This document shows, one piece after another, positions 50,113 to 61,281 of a stretch of 64,000 nucleotides of DNA; within the stretch, counting starts at the first letter, position 1, and each line of letters begins with the position of its first letter. The DNA comes from Flavobacteriaceae bacterium (lineage in GTDB: Bacteria > Bacteroidota > Bacteroidia > Flavobacteriales > Flavobacteriaceae). The stretch lies in assembly GCA_030148025.1 (NCBI GenBank), contig JASBUG010000037.1, forward strand, positions 1 to 64,000. Reading direction: 5' to 3'. The notes under the pieces were generated by a model. It did not search any database, was not told the DNA's origin, and saw only the letters and a list, made by a program, of their open reading frames with translations. Position numbers and translations under genes: made by a program.

Positions 50113-51636
50113 TTATAGTGAAGGCGAATAATTAGTAGGATAATCGTTCGCTTTTGCAACAGCTCCTACCTCAGTAAAGTTAGAGCCATAAGCAGCATCA
50201 ATAGCTTCTAAAAACTTATTGGCCATTAAAGCATAACCACGAGCTGTTAAGTGAATTCCATCTAAGCTTACAAGTCCTCCAAACACCAAACTTGTATTCA
50301 TCGTGAAATCATCAAACATAATTCCAGTTGTCGAAGCTTCTTGTAAAATAGCATTCAAATCTACTATAGCCAAACTATTTGCCGAAGCAACAGCTTGTAT
50401 TGTATTGTTGTATGCTGTAGTCGCTGTTTGTATTGCAGTTTGCTCTTCAGGAGTAAGTACCCAGTTGTCTGCTAAAGGTACACTCACACCGTTTATTAAT
50501 AATGGGTTTCCTCCAACTGTAGTACCAATAAATGTAGAACTAGGAAGTACTAATAAATCTTCGGCCGTGGCTTGTCTATATTTTGGTAATGCAGCAAAAG
50601 CAGGGTTAATAGCTCCTAAATCGGTTAGATCTTCATCAATAATTACAACAGCATTTTGACCAGCACTAAAGTTAATCATACGTCTTGCAGCTTCTTCTGC
50701 AGTGAATAGTCCAGTTCCGCTTAAGGCAGTAAGAGCAGCTTGAATACCACCATTATAAGCAGCGTACCCACCATTAACAGCAGCTGCAGTTGCTTCGTCT
50801 AAAGGCACAGGATTGTGAGGAACAGTTGTAAAGTGTGGCAAGTTTGTAATATTTGGTACAGTTGCTACAACACCATTTGCTCCAGAACCTGTTAACGCTG
50901 CAACAGTATTGCTAAATACTTGAGCGAAAACATTAGGATCGGTAATATCATTTCCAGCATATGTTGAAGGATCGAGGTTACCTGTTTGGTCTACTCCAGA
51001 ACCTCCTGAGGTTGCATATCCTAAAACATCGTTTCCACCAATTTCAGAAATTGTGAAGAAACTTGGAGATTGAGCCAGAGCATCTTCTAACATACTTGCA
51101 TTTGAATTAGACGCCATTCTTGCAAAATAAGGGTTTGCTAGTCCTAAAGGAACACCTGCGACGTTTCCATAACCATTAGCAACCATATGATAACTTTTCG
51201 CTCCAGGCACCCCAACATTGTTAAATGGACCTGATAAAATATTAGAAACTTCGGTAGTAGGAGTTCCTGGGTGAACCGCAGGTCCAGCACCATTAAAAAA
51301 TAATCTTGGAGCAGCTATCTGTGTTCCTCCTAAAAGTAATCCTCCTACATTATCATTCATTAAAGGTTGATTGAAGTCACCTCCACCAGCTAAAGCAAAT
51401 TGCTTAGATAGAATGTTTGGGAATGAATTTTCTTGAGCGGCGATAAATAGACCTCCATCGGTAAACCCAGCTGTAAAAGAAGCACCAAGAGCTACATAGT
51501 TAGAAAAGTCTGCTGACCCCGGATCTGGTGTAACTACAGGAGCTACAGGGCTGTCTGAATCGTCATTATTCTCGCATGAAGCAAATGTAAAAGCTATAAG
51601 TAAAAGCCCGATATATTTTAATTTCATAGTATTCAA
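50113..51636 (-). CDS. SGNH/GDSL-hydrolase-family lipoprotein
   Basis: Lipobox (FTFASCEN), block I-like GASFTAG, block III GGNDV, block V DGIHLT. Length 507 aa. Confidence 0.45.
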   Translation of the reverse strand: MNTMKLKYIGLLLIAFTFASCENNDDSDSPVAPVVTPDPGSADFSNYVALGASFTAGFTDGGLFIAAQENSFPNILSKQFALAGGGDFNQPLMNDNVGGLLLGGTQIAAPRLFFNGAGPAVHPGTPTTEVSNILSGPFNNVGVPGAKSYHMVANGYGNVAGVPLGLANPYFARMASNSNASMLEDALAQSPSFFTISEIGGNDVLGYATSGGSGVDQTGNLDPSTYAGNDITDPNVFAQVFSNTVAALTGSGANGVVATVPNITNLPHFTTVPHNPVPLDEATAAAVNGGYAAYNGGIQAALTALSGTGLFTAEEAARRMINFSAGQNAVVIIDEDLTDLGAINPAFAALPKYRQATAEDLLVLPSSTFIGTTVGGNPLLINGVSVPLADNWVLTPEEQTAIQTATTAYNNTIQAVASANSLAIVDLNAILQEASTTGIMFDDFTMNTSLVFGGLVSLDGIHLTARGYALMANKFLEAIDAAYGSNFTEVGAVAKANDYPTNYSPSL

Positions 51637-51645
51637 TTTTAGAGA

Positions 51646-54426
51646 TTATAGGTTGTTGATTGTCCAAGAAACATAATATTGAGAACCAATAAATCCTGTA
51701 CCAAAGGCAGTAAAATATTCATCTCCTAAAACATTTGTTGCACCAGCTTTAAATGTTGATTTTAAGCTTGGAACTCTCAAATTTATCTGCGCATCTAGAG
51801 TGTGGAATGATGGAACATTTCCATCTCCAAATGTTGCTTGCCAGAAATAATTGTCACTCCATCTCCATGCCACATTAAATCCAAAATCTTTAAATAGATT
51901 AGTGTTTCCAAAGCTAGCTTTAACCTTATGTTCTGGAGTATTAAAATTAGTTCTGAAATCTGGAGCACTTGACTGATCAAAATCTTGATGTGTATATGTA
52001 TAGTTTCCGCTTAAATCAAAGTCACCAAATATTTTCGTAGAGACTTGAATAGAACCACCATAAGAATTTACATCTGCATCAGAGTTTGTATATGTAGAGT
52101 ATACTTGGTAATCTCCATTGGCAATTGCTAAAACAGAAAGAGCATTATCACCAACAGTCCCATAATAAGGAGCAATTACATTTTCACCAGAGATGAAGTC
52201 CTTATACTTGTTATAATAAGCACTCATATCTAAAATCACTTTATTGAATTTTGCTCTATATCCTAATTCAAACGATGTTACTTTTTCTGGTTTTACCAAT
52301 TCAGGATTTCCAACTTGTAATTGGGTTGGGTCTCCAGTTGCTGCAAAAGCTCCAACAGAAGCAGCAGAATAAGAATTGTTGTATGCTGCAGCGCCAGTTT
52401 GTACTATAGACGCTGGAACACCTAAGCCTTGTCCAGCAGTACTAACACCAAATGTTCTAGAGTAACGATCTAAATTGTTAGGAGCAGATCCAACTAATAT
52501 TGCTCTACCTGCATCTAATCCAATATATAAATCTTGGGTTGTTGGATTTCTAAATCCTGTTTGAACAGAGAAGCGGATATTTCTGTTGCCTTCTTCTCCT
52601 AATGTATATCCTACAGATAATCTAGGTGAAAAGAACCCATCAAATAGTTCTGATTTATCATAACGAAGAGATCCTGTAAGTTTTAAACGTCCATCTTCTA
52701 AGAGTTTCTTTTGAATTTGAGTGTATAAACCAACTTCTGAATAATCAATTGGACCATCACTATCAGTATAAATTGTACCAAATGAGTTTAACTCGTATCT
52801 TCTATATGATCCTCCAACTTGTATTTCTGCGACATCTGTTAAATGGCTAAAATTGTAGTTAGCGTCGGCATGATATACTTTAGAGTTATCTTGGAACTTA
52901 GAACCTGTAGCAAGATCTGGATCGTTAATTACTTGATTGAATGCACTTTTAAATTCTGGCGTTCCAGGAACAAAACGCCCAGCATCTGCAGTTTGTCTTC
53001 CTAAAGCATGAGCTTGAGCTGGAAGTAAACCACTTAAAGTACCTTGAACATATGCTCCAACATATTCACCAAACCATGTTTGATCTGGTTTCCATATTCT
53101 GTTTACGTTAATACCTGTAAATACCATATCGTAAGAATCACCAGCTTTATCTTCAGTAATGTATCCTCTAACAAAGAAATTATCATTCTTAATCTCTAAC
53201 TTATGTTGAGACATAGAAAAGTTATCGATAGCATATCTGTTTGTTCCTTGGTAAATGGTAGATCCACCACCAATTTTTCCAACATATTGGATTTCGAAAT
53301 CATTACCCCAAGGTCTGTAGTATAATCCCCAGTCTGCTTTTACAGTTTCTGCTTTATAATCGGTTAAATCTTTTTCAGCATACCCCGTTCTACTAACATT
53401 TACAGAAGGGACTAAGGCATCGGCACCAGCAGGTAAAATACCTAAACCAACTAATGCTTGAGCTACACCATTAATATTTGTGCTTACCTCATCTCCATAA
53501 ACGTTTATACCATCATAATCGATATCAGCACGAGTAGCACCAGTTCCAACTTTTCCTGTTCTGTTATCAGCAAACCAGTCAGTTCCTTTTAAATATCCAA
53601 AGTTAATTTTGGCGGCGAACTTATCGCTAAATTTATACGCAGCTCTAATTCCAAAATCTGTATATGTATTATCACCAGCAGCTTCTTGAGAAGTCATACC
53701 TTGTTTGTAATAACCACTAATTCCTGCATGGTCAAAAGGGTTTTTACTTGTCATAAATAAAATACCGTTAAAGGCATTCGCACCGTAAAGAGCTGATGCA
53801 GCACCTGGAAGTAGTTCAACACTTTGAACATCGGTTTCTGTCATACCTAGTAAATTTCCAAGAGGGAAATTCAAAGCAGGAGCAGAATTATCCATTCCAT
53901 CTACCAATTGCATAAAACGTGTATTTGCAAATGTTGCAAAACCTCTAGTATTAATAGCTTTAAATGTTAAACTATTTGTGTTGATATCAACACCTTTTAG
54001 GTTTTCTAAACCATCGTAAAAATCTGCGGAGGCAGTATTTTTAATTTCTTTTAGACCAAAGCGTTCTACCGTAACAGGTGATTCAAAAATACGCTCAGGT
54101 GTTCTAGAAGCAGAAATTACAATTTCATCTAATTCAGTTCCTTCTTTTAAAACAAAATCAATTGTTTGGTTATTTGAAGTCACTTCTTTAATAAGAGATT
54201 CAAAACCAACACTACTTGCTTGAATTGAAAATGGAGGTGTTTGATCTACAGTTAATGTGTAGTTTCCGTCAAAGTCGGTGATTGCTCCAGTTGAAGCTCC
54301 TATAACAATGACATTAGCACCTGGAAGAGGTTGTCCACTATCATCTGAAACGTTTCCTTTTACTGTAGTTTGTGCAAATGAATAAGCACTAAAAAACAAT
54401 AGAAAAATCTTAAGAATAGTTCTCAT
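51646..54426 (-). CDS. TonB-dependent outer-membrane receptor (CarboxypepD_reg + plug + barrel)
   Basis: Signal peptide, NVSDDSGQPLPGANVIV N-terminal domain, 926 aa. Confidence 0.7.
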   Translation of the reverse strand: MRTILKIFLLFFSAYSFAQTTVKGNVSDDSGQPLPGANVIVIGASTGAITDFDGNYTLTVDQTPPFSIQASSVGFESLIKEVTSNNQTIDFVLKEGTELDEIVISASRTPERIFESPVTVERFGLKEIKNTASADFYDGLENLKGVDINTNSLTFKAINTRGFATFANTRFMQLVDGMDNSAPALNFPLGNLLGMTETDVQSVELLPGAASALYGANAFNGILFMTSKNPFDHAGISGYYKQGMTSQEAAGDNTYTDFGIRAAYKFSDKFAAKINFGYLKGTDWFADNRTGKVGTGATRADIDYDGINVYGDEVSTNINGVAQALVGLGILPAGADALVPSVNVSRTGYAEKDLTDYKAETVKADWGLYYRPWGNDFEIQYVGKIGGGSTIYQGTNRYAIDNFSMSQHKLEIKNDNFFVRGYITEDKAGDSYDMVFTGINVNRIWKPDQTWFGEYVGAYVQGTLSGLLPAQAHALGRQTADAGRFVPGTPEFKSAFNQVINDPDLATGSKFQDNSKVYHADANYNFSHLTDVAEIQVGGSYRRYELNSFGTIYTDSDGPIDYSEVGLYTQIQKKLLEDGRLKLTGSLRYDKSELFDGFFSPRLSVGYTLGEEGNRNIRFSVQTGFRNPTTQDLYIGLDAGRAILVGSAPNNLDRYSRTFGVSTAGQGLGVPASIVQTGAAAYNNSYSAASVGAFAATGDPTQLQVGNPELVKPEKVTSFELGYRAKFNKVILDMSAYYNKYKDFISGENVIAPYYGTVGDNALSVLAIANGDYQVYSTYTNSDADVNSYGGSIQVSTKIFGDFDLSGNYTYTHQDFDQSSAPDFRTNFNTPEHKVKASFGNTNLFKDFGFNVAWRWSDNYFWQATFGDGNVPSFHTLDAQINLRVPSLKSTFKAGATNVLGDEYFTAFGTGFIGSQYYVSWTINNL

Positions 54427-54606
54427 ATTGGGTATTAATTTAAAAAATTTGAGTTAGTCAATATCTTACAATGCGTTATCACAATATAATAATAAAAAAA
54501 ATTATGCACGCATAGCATTTAGACTTACAATATAAGACTTTTTAAAATGAGATTTTCTTAAAATGTAAATTTGGACTTATTTTAAATAAGAAAAATACTA
54601 TTTAAT

Positions 54607-56454
54607 CTATTCTACTGTAACAGACTTTGCTAAATTTCTAGGCTGATCTACATTTTTTCCTAACATTACCGCTATATGATAAGACAGTAATTGTAAAGGG
54701 ATAGTTGTAAGTAGCGGAGATAAAGACTCTAGCGTTTCAGGTACTTCTATAACGTGATCTGCCAATTCTTTAACTGTTGAATCTCCTTCAGTAACGATTC
54801 CAATTATTTTACCTTTTCTAGATTTAATTTCTTGGATGTTACTAACTACTTTTTCATAATGCCCTTTCTTAGTAGCGATAACTATAATAGGCATATTTTC
54901 ATCAATTAAAGCAATTGGTCCATGCTTCATTTCTGCAGCAGGATAACCTTCAGCATGAATATATGAGATCTCTTTTAGCTTCAAAGCTCCTTCAAGAGCA
55001 ACAGGGAAATTATAACCTCTTCCTAAGTACAAACAGTTTGTCGCATGCTTATAGGTGTCAGCAATCATTTTGATATGATCATCTGAGGCCAAGGCTTTTT
55101 CAACTTTATCAGGGATCATTTCAAGTTCTAGCATATGCATTCTAAAGTCAGAGCTTGAAATTGTTCCTTTGGCACGTGCTAGTCTGAGAGCAATTAATGT
55201 TAATACGGTTATTTGAGTTGTAAATGCCTTAGTCGAAGCAACTCCTATTTCTGGACCAGCATGTGTATAGGCACCTGCGTGAGTTTCTCTTGCAATTGAG
55301 GAGCCTACAACATTACATACACCAAACACAAAAGCGCCTTTAGATTTTGCTAATTTAATAGCAGCTAAAGTATCTGCAGTTTCACCAGATTGCGAAATTG
55401 CAATTACAACATCATTTTCATTAATTACAGGGTTTCTATATCTAAATTCTGAAGCATATTCAACTTCCACAGGAATTCTAGCTAGATCTTCAAAAATATA
55501 CTCTGCAACTAGTCCTGCATGCCAAGAGGTTCCACATGCAACAATTATGATTCTGTCAGCATTTAAGAACTTTTTCATATGATCTTCAACACCTGCCATT
55601 TTTATAATAGCATTTTCTAAAGATAAACGTCCTCGATAGGTATCTTTAATAGCGTGAGGCTGCTCGTAAATTTCTTTGAGCATAAAATGCTCATAACCAC
55701 CTTTTTCTATTTGCTCAAGATTTAGTTGTAGCTCTTGCACATAAGGATTGACTAAAGAATCGTCTTTTATCTTTCTTATTTTAACATCTTTCCCTCTTCT
55801 AACAATTGCCATTTCTTCATCTTCAAGGTAAATAGCATTATTAGTATATTCAATAAAAGGTGAAGCATCACTCGCAATAAAGAATTCATCTTCACCAACA
55901 CCTATTGCTAAAGGGCTTCCAAGTCTTGCTACAACAATTTCGTTGGGCTTATTTTTGTCAAATACAGCAATAGCGTAAGCACCAACTACTTGATTTAATG
56001 CAATATGTACTGCCTTTCCAAGCTTAACATTTTCACTTTTTTTAATGTCTTCAATAAGGTTGATGAGTACTTCAGTATCTGTATCTGAATTAAAAGTATA
56101 ACCTCTATTTGTTAATTCTTTTTTTAGGGATTCATAGTTTTCAATAATTCCATTATGGATAATCACAAGATCTCCAGAATTTGAATAGTGCGGATGAGAA
56201 TTAACATCATTAGGAACTCCGTGAGTAGCCCATCTAGTGTGTCCAATTCCTAATGAACCATTAGTTGAAATCTCGTTTTCAACTCTTCTCTCCAAGTCAT
56301 CAACCTTCCCCTTGGTTTTAGATAGCTTAATATCTTGACCATCGTATAAAGCAATACCTGCGCTATCATATCCTCTATATTCAAGTCTTTTTAACCCCTT
56401 TAAAATTATGGGATAAGCTTCTCTATGTCCAATATATCCAACTATGCCACACAT
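54607..56454 (-). CDS. glmS: Glutamine--fructose-6-phosphate aminotransferase
   Basis: MCGIVGYIG Ntn amidotransferase start, two SIS domains, C-terminal ...VTVE. Confidence 0.95.
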   Translation of the reverse strand: MCGIVGYIGHREAYPIILKGLKRLEYRGYDSAGIALYDGQDIKLSKTKGKVDDLERRVENEISTNGSLGIGHTRWATHGVPNDVNSHPHYSNSGDLVIIHNGIIENYESLKKELTNRGYTFNSDTDTEVLINLIEDIKKSENVKLGKAVHIALNQVVGAYAIAVFDKNKPNEIVVARLGSPLAIGVGEDEFFIASDASPFIEYTNNAIYLEDEEMAIVRRGKDVKIRKIKDDSLVNPYVQELQLNLEQIEKGGYEHFMLKEIYEQPHAIKDTYRGRLSLENAIIKMAGVEDHMKKFLNADRIIIVACGTSWHAGLVAEYIFEDLARIPVEVEYASEFRYRNPVINENDVVIAISQSGETADTLAAIKLAKSKGAFVFGVCNVVGSSIARETHAGAYTHAGPEIGVASTKAFTTQITVLTLIALRLARAKGTISSSDFRMHMLELEMIPDKVEKALASDDHIKMIADTYKHATNCLYLGRGYNFPVALEGALKLKEISYIHAEGYPAAEMKHGPIALIDENMPIIVIATKKGHYEKVVSNIQEIKSRKGKIIGIVTEGDSTVKELADHVIEVPETLESLSPLLTTIPLQLLSYHIAVMLGKNVDQPRNLAKSVTVE

Positions 56455-56459
56455 ATGTA

Positions 56460-58094
56460 TTAATTTTCTGGTTCAGTATAAAAAATAGTAAGTTTAACTT
56501 TTTTATCGTTTTCTGTAGTATTATTTCCATAAAGAACAGTGCCATATGGAGATAAAATGGTTCCAGAAGGAATAGATTCAACAATATCGTCTTGATCTTG
56601 CAACCTATAAAAACTAGCCTCTCCTACATTAGATGTAACTACAAGGCCTAATTTTACATTGGTTGAGTCTCTTAGAATAATGTTGTTTATATGTTCAGTA
56701 ATTCTCACTTTGTATTTGATTCCTTTACCATCGGCTTCATCATCTACTCTTTTTAATGGTGGAAGGTGTAAAACCTTAGCGTTAATGGTTAAGTCACTTA
56801 CAGATTGATCGAGTGTGTAGTCAATAAGCGGCCTGTTATTTTTTAAATCATACAAAAAGATACGATCTGGCTCGGTTCCTTGCACAGTACTCTGGTCAAC
56901 ATAAAACTCTATAAAGGCTTCATTTATTAATCTTTTAGAATCTTTATCTTCATCTAAGAAATCATTTTTAAAATTAGTAAACTCTATAGATTCACCATTT
57001 TCGTCACCATTAAATAAATTTATAATTGCCATTGAACCTTGTCCACCTTTTAAATATAGTTTTTCGTCACCATCTACTGAATTTCCTCCTGGGATAGCTG
57101 CAAAATTATTATCATAGATGCTAACAAGGTTTCCTGAAAAATTAAGAGTATAAGTTCCCGATTCTTGGGTAACTTCCGTGTCTGTTTCTCCTTGCTCTTC
57201 TTTATCGCTTGTATAATAAAGTGTTATGTTGGCATTGGAAGCTGAAAAATTCAACAACATCATTGTGCCATCAGTTCCAGTTGTTTCTGCTTTAAAATAC
57301 AAACCTCTGAAGTAGTCAGAAAAATTACTTTGATTACTTAATTCTGGCTCGCCTTCTTTGTCGAAAATTAATTCTTGCCAAAAAAGATCTGTTGGATCTT
57401 CACTATCAAATAAGTGAACCCTAATGGCTGGAGCTAATTTTGCAGATTCCACTTTCTCATCTTCATCGTTGAGAGTTGTTAAACGAATTTGTTCTGCACT
57501 AGGCAAAAAGTTTTCGTCACTATAAAGTAATTGACCTTCTAGCTCTACAGGGTTTATAGAGTTTGTTTCTGAAAGAGATCCATTTGAAAAATATTGTTGA
57601 GAATCATTAAAATCTAGATTTGGGTTAAAGGTTCTTAGAAAATAATTGTTTTTATAAACAGATAATTTTATAGGATCTTCACCATAAATTGAATCTAACC
57701 TATAAGTAATATCCCCATTTTCAGCAGTTTCTATTCCAGCACTAAAATAAGGAATAGTTAATACGACTGAATCTAATACCACATTATCTCCAAAGTTTGG
57801 AGCGTACTCACTTGGAACCATTTGAGAAACAAAATTAGCAGTAGCACTACCAAAAACAGGGTCGTTATAATGCCCTAAAAGATTAACTGGAAGTCCGTTG
57901 GTTTGAAAAGGTGATACTTCTTTGTTATAAGCAGTTACTTCATATTCAAATTTGTCTCCTGTAAAATTTGTAGAATTTTGAGAATTCACAACATCCGATT
58001 CGATGCTTGCAAAATCCTTTTCACAGGCAACAAAAACAGTAATGATTATTCCCAACAAAGTTAGGTTCTGTAAAATAGTTTTATTCTTTTTCAT
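56460..58094 (-). CDS. Lipoprotein, possibly DUF4270 family
   Basis: Lipobox (VFVACEKD). Lies between glycogen synthase and glmS, a context I recall for DUF4270 proteins. Confidence 0.35.
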   Translation of the reverse strand: MKKNKTILQNLTLLGIIITVFVACEKDFASIESDVVNSQNSTNFTGDKFEYEVTAYNKEVSPFQTNGLPVNLLGHYNDPVFGSATANFVSQMVPSEYAPNFGDNVVLDSVVLTIPYFSAGIETAENGDITYRLDSIYGEDPIKLSVYKNNYFLRTFNPNLDFNDSQQYFSNGSLSETNSINPVELEGQLLYSDENFLPSAEQIRLTTLNDEDEKVESAKLAPAIRVHLFDSEDPTDLFWQELIFDKEGEPELSNQSNFSDYFRGLYFKAETTGTDGTMMLLNFSASNANITLYYTSDKEEQGETDTEVTQESGTYTLNFSGNLVSIYDNNFAAIPGGNSVDGDEKLYLKGGQGSMAIINLFNGDENGESIEFTNFKNDFLDEDKDSKRLINEAFIEFYVDQSTVQGTEPDRIFLYDLKNNRPLIDYTLDQSVSDLTINAKVLHLPPLKRVDDEADGKGIKYKVRITEHINNIILRDSTNVKLGLVVTSNVGEASFYRLQDQDDIVESIPSGTILSPYGTVLYGNNTTENDKKVKLTIFYTEPEN

Positions 58095-58104
58095 GTGTGT
58101 TATT

Positions 58105-58914
58105 CTAACTTAAAACTTGGGTGTTATAGAATTCGGTATAAGCCTCAGCAAACTCATCAGGTGTTTGATATTCTAGAACTGGTTTTTCGCAATTTTTTAA
58201 ATAATCTTGTAAATCTGACGGAATTTCATCTGAACCAACAATTAAAGCATCAGAATGATCTACCGCTACTTTCATAATATTATTGTATGAAGGCTTTTCA
58301 AGCACTTTAATGGTCTCTTCATCAATGTTATCAAATTTGATTTTATCAATCATTTCTTTATTCAACGTGTCATCAAAGCTTTGATTGTATATTGAAGTGA
58401 CTATTTTACTGTCAGCAAATAAAGGTTCATCCTTGTAATACTCTTTAAGATATAAAGGTAATAACGAAGCCAACCATCCATGAACATGAATAATATCTGG
58501 AGCCCAGTTTAGTTTTTTAACCGTTTCGATAACCCCTTTTGCAAAGAAAATTGAACGCTCATCATTATCGGCAAACAAATTACCGTCTTCGTCTGTTAAA
58601 GTTGCTTTACGTTTAAAATATTCTTCATTATCAATAAAGTAAACCTGAATACGTTCTTTTGGAATGGATGCTACTTTAATAATTAATGGCATGTCCAGGT
58701 CGTTGATAACTAGGTTAATTCCAGATAAACGTATAACCTCATGAAGTTGATGTCTTCTTTCATTAATATTACCATATCTAGGCATGAATATTCGTATTTG
58801 CCCTCCTTGCTTGTTCACCATACGAGGCGCTTCAAATGACATGGATGAAATCTCAGTCTCTGGTAAATATGGTACTACTTCAGAAGATACGTACAATATT
58901 CTTTTATCTTTCAT
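58105..58914 (-). CDS. Short glycogen/starch synthase family protein (GT5 N-terminal domain type)
   Basis: KILYVSSEVVPY...KQGGQ resembles the GlgA N-terminal KxGG motif. The start is taken at MKDKRILY. Confidence 0.5.
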   Translation of the reverse strand: MKDKRILYVSSEVVPYLPETEISSMSFEAPRMVNKQGGQIRIFMPRYGNINERRHQLHEVIRLSGINLVINDLDMPLIIKVASIPKERIQVYFIDNEEYFKRKATLTDEDGNLFADNDERSIFFAKGVIETVKKLNWAPDIIHVHGWLASLLPLYLKEYYKDEPLFADSKIVTSIYNQSFDDTLNKEMIDKIKFDNIDEETIKVLEKPSYNNIMKVAVDHSDALIVGSDEIPSDLQDYLKNCEKPVLEYQTPDEFAEAYTEFYNTQVLS

Positions 58915-58989
58915 AAGCTTGAATGCTTTAAATTTTAGAATAAAAAACACGCAAAATTACAAAAATTATGCAGATTAACAGTAATATAT

Positions 58990-58997
58990 TAAGTTTG
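58990..58997 (+). promoter_or_regulatory. -7 element (TAAGTTTG) upstream of panC
   Basis: TAnnTTTG, 24 nt before the GTG start. Confidence 0.25.
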
Positions 58998-59020
58998 CAC
59001 GCTGTTAATTTTTTTATAAA

Positions 59021-59872
59021 GTGGTAGTAGCAAATACAAAGGAACAAATAGCTGAAATAATTTTAAGCTTAAGACAAAATGATAATTCAATTGGGTTTGT
59101 TCCAACTATGGGAGCCTTACATAAAGGACATTTGTCTTTAATCACTAAGGCATTGAGTGAAAATGATGTAGTATTTGTTAGTATTTTTGTAAATCCAACC
59201 CAGTTTAATAATCAAGAAGATTTAGAGCAATATCCTAGAACATTAGAACGCGATGTTAGATTATTATCGACCGTTTCGAAAACTAAGATTTTTACTTACG
59301 CACCATCAGTTAAAGATATATATGCTGAAAATGTATCATCAAACAAGTTTGATTTTGATGGACTTGAGTATGAAATGGAAGGTGAGTTTAGAGACGGACA
59401 TTTTGACGGTGTAGGGACTATAGTAAAAAGACTGTTTGAAATTGTTACTCCAGATAGAGCTTATTTTGGTGAAAAAGATTTCCAACAATTGCAAATAATC
59501 AAGAAACTGGTTGAAAAATATGACCTTGGAGTAGATATCATAGGTTGTGAAATTCACAGAGAGCCATCTGGTTTAGCCATGAGCTCTCGAAATGAAAGGT
59601 TGACACCAGAGCAAAAAGAGGAGGCATCATTTATTTATAAAACATTACAGACTGCCAAACGTAAATTTGGCACAAAAAGTGCTACTAAGGTTACAGAATG
59701 GGTAAACAAAACATTTGCAAATAATAAAATATTGAAGCTTGAATATTTTGTTATAGCCGATGTTGAAACTCTAAAACCAATAAAAAGAAAATCAAATAAA
59801 AAACAATATCGTGCGTTTGTTGCTGCGTATGCTGGAGACATAAGATTGATAGACAACATCGCATTAAATTAA
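59021..59872 (+). CDS. panC: Pantoate--beta-alanine ligase
   Basis: [16 protein letters not shown] carries the HxGH motif. Confidence 0.9.
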   Translation: MVVANTKEQIAEIILSLRQNDNSIGFVPTMGALHKGHLSLITKALSENDVVFVSIFVNPTQFNNQEDLEQYPRTLERDVRLLSTVSKTKIFTYAPSVKDIYAENVSSNKFDFDGLEYEMEGEFRDGHFDGVGTIVKRLFEIVTPDRAYFGEKDFQQLQIIKKLVEKYDLGVDIIGCEIHREPSGLAMSSRNERLTPEQKEEASFIYKTLQTAKRKFGTKSATKVTEWVNKTFANNKILKLEYFVIADVETLKPIKRKSNKKQYRAFVAAYAGDIRLIDNIALN

Positions 59873-59885
59873 TTACCTTTGCCCT

Positions 59886-60236
59886 ATGCAAATTCAAGTA
59901 GTAAAATCGAAGATTCACCGTGTAAAATGTACGGGAGCAGATTTAAATTATATAGGTAGTATTACTATTGATGAAGATCTAATGGAGGCGGCAAATATTA
60001 TACAAGGAGAGAAAGTTCAAATTGTAAATAATAATAATGGCGCAAGATTAGACACGTATGCTATTCCTGGACCAAGAAACAGCGGAGAAATCACTTTAAA
60101 TGGAGCTGCAGCAAGATTAGTAGCGCCTGGAGATGTGTTGATCCTTATTACTTATGCATTCATGGACATTGAAGAAGCAAAGAACTTTAAGCCATCTTTG
60201 GTGTTTCCAGATGAAGCAACCAATCTTTTAAAATAA
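59886..60236 (+). CDS. panD: Aspartate 1-decarboxylase
   Basis: [29 protein letters not shown] with a Gly-Ser self-processing site. Length 116 aa. Confidence 0.9.
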   Translation: MQIQVVKSKIHRVKCTGADLNYIGSITIDEDLMEAANIIQGEKVQIVNNNNGARLDTYAIPGPRNSGEITLNGAAARLVAPGDVLILITYAFMDIEEAKNFKPSLVFPDEATNLLK

Positions 60237-60240
60237 TACA

Positions 60241-61218
60241 TTGAATAAAAAACTAAAGACCATTTTAAAAATAACAGTACCATTGCTGTTAGGAGTGGTT
60301 TTGGTGTGGTATTCCTTATCTCAAATTTCTTTAGAGAAGTTAGCTGACTATTTTGAAAAAGCCAATTATACTTGGGTTGGCTTAGGAGTTGTTTTGGGAG
60401 TGTTGAGTCATTTGTCAAGAGCTTACCGTTGGAAATTCATGATAGAACCAATGGGATATAATTTAAAATTACCAAATAGTATTATGGCTGTTATGGCTGC
60501 CTATTTAGTAAATTACACTATTCCCAGAGCAGGAGAAGTAACCAGAGCAACTATTATAACTAATTATGAGGGAGTACCTTTTGAAAAGGGATTTGGAACC
60601 ATAGTAGCAGAGCGTGTCGCAGATCTTGTTATGATGATGGTCATTATTGCAATTACCTTCTTTTTTCAATTCGATTTTATATACAATTTTTTTATTGAAA
60701 AGTTTGATCCTGTCAAAATTGTAGTTGGTTTAGTCGGACTTTTATTAGTATGTGTTATTGGAATCTTGTTTATAAAAAAATCACAGTTAAAAATTGCCAT
60801 AAAAATTAGAGGTTTTGTTTTTGGATTGATAGAAGGAATTATGACCATTTTTAAAATGAAGCAAAAATGGGCATTTATAGGACATACTGTGTTTATTTGG
60901 GTGATGTATGTGCTCATGTTTTATATAACTTCTTTTGCAGTTTCAGATTTGGGGGAAGTTCCATTTGCTGCAATTTTAATTGGGTTTATTGTAGCGAGCT
61001 TTAGTATTGCTGCAACAAATGGTGGAGTCGGATCCTATCCTGAAGCAGTAGTGGTAGCATTTTTACTGTTCAATTTACCAGAAGACCCAAGTCGCGCTTT
61101 TGGCTGGATCATGTGGTCTTCGCAAACCTTAATGATTATCGTTTTTGGAGGTTTATCACTTATCTATCTTCCAATTTATAATAGAAATCTTAAGAAGAAA
61201 GAGTTGAAAGACACTTAA
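60241..61218 (+). CDS. Flippase-like (lysylphosphatidylglycerol-synthase TM-region / UPF0104) membrane protein
   Basis: Eight TM segments and the RAYRWKF motif typical of TIGR00374-type proteins. Confidence 0.45.
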   Translation: MNKKLKTILKITVPLLLGVVLVWYSLSQISLEKLADYFEKANYTWVGLGVVLGVLSHLSRAYRWKFMIEPMGYNLKLPNSIMAVMAAYLVNYTIPRAGEVTRATIITNYEGVPFEKGFGTIVAERVADLVMMMVIIAITFFFQFDFIYNFFIEKFDPVKIVVGLVGLLLVCVIGILFIKKSQLKIAIKIRGFVFGLIEGIMTIFKMKQKWAFIGHTVFIWVMYVLMFYITSFAVSDLGEVPFAAILIGFIVASFSIAATNGGVGSYPEAVVVAFLLFNLPEDPSRAFGWIMWSSQTLMIIVFGGLSLIYLPIYNRNLKKKELKDT

Positions 61219-61281
61219 ACAACTTCATTTTTAGAGTGTAATTGTTTACCTTGGCATTGTAAATCTCAAATCGTTTTAAAA

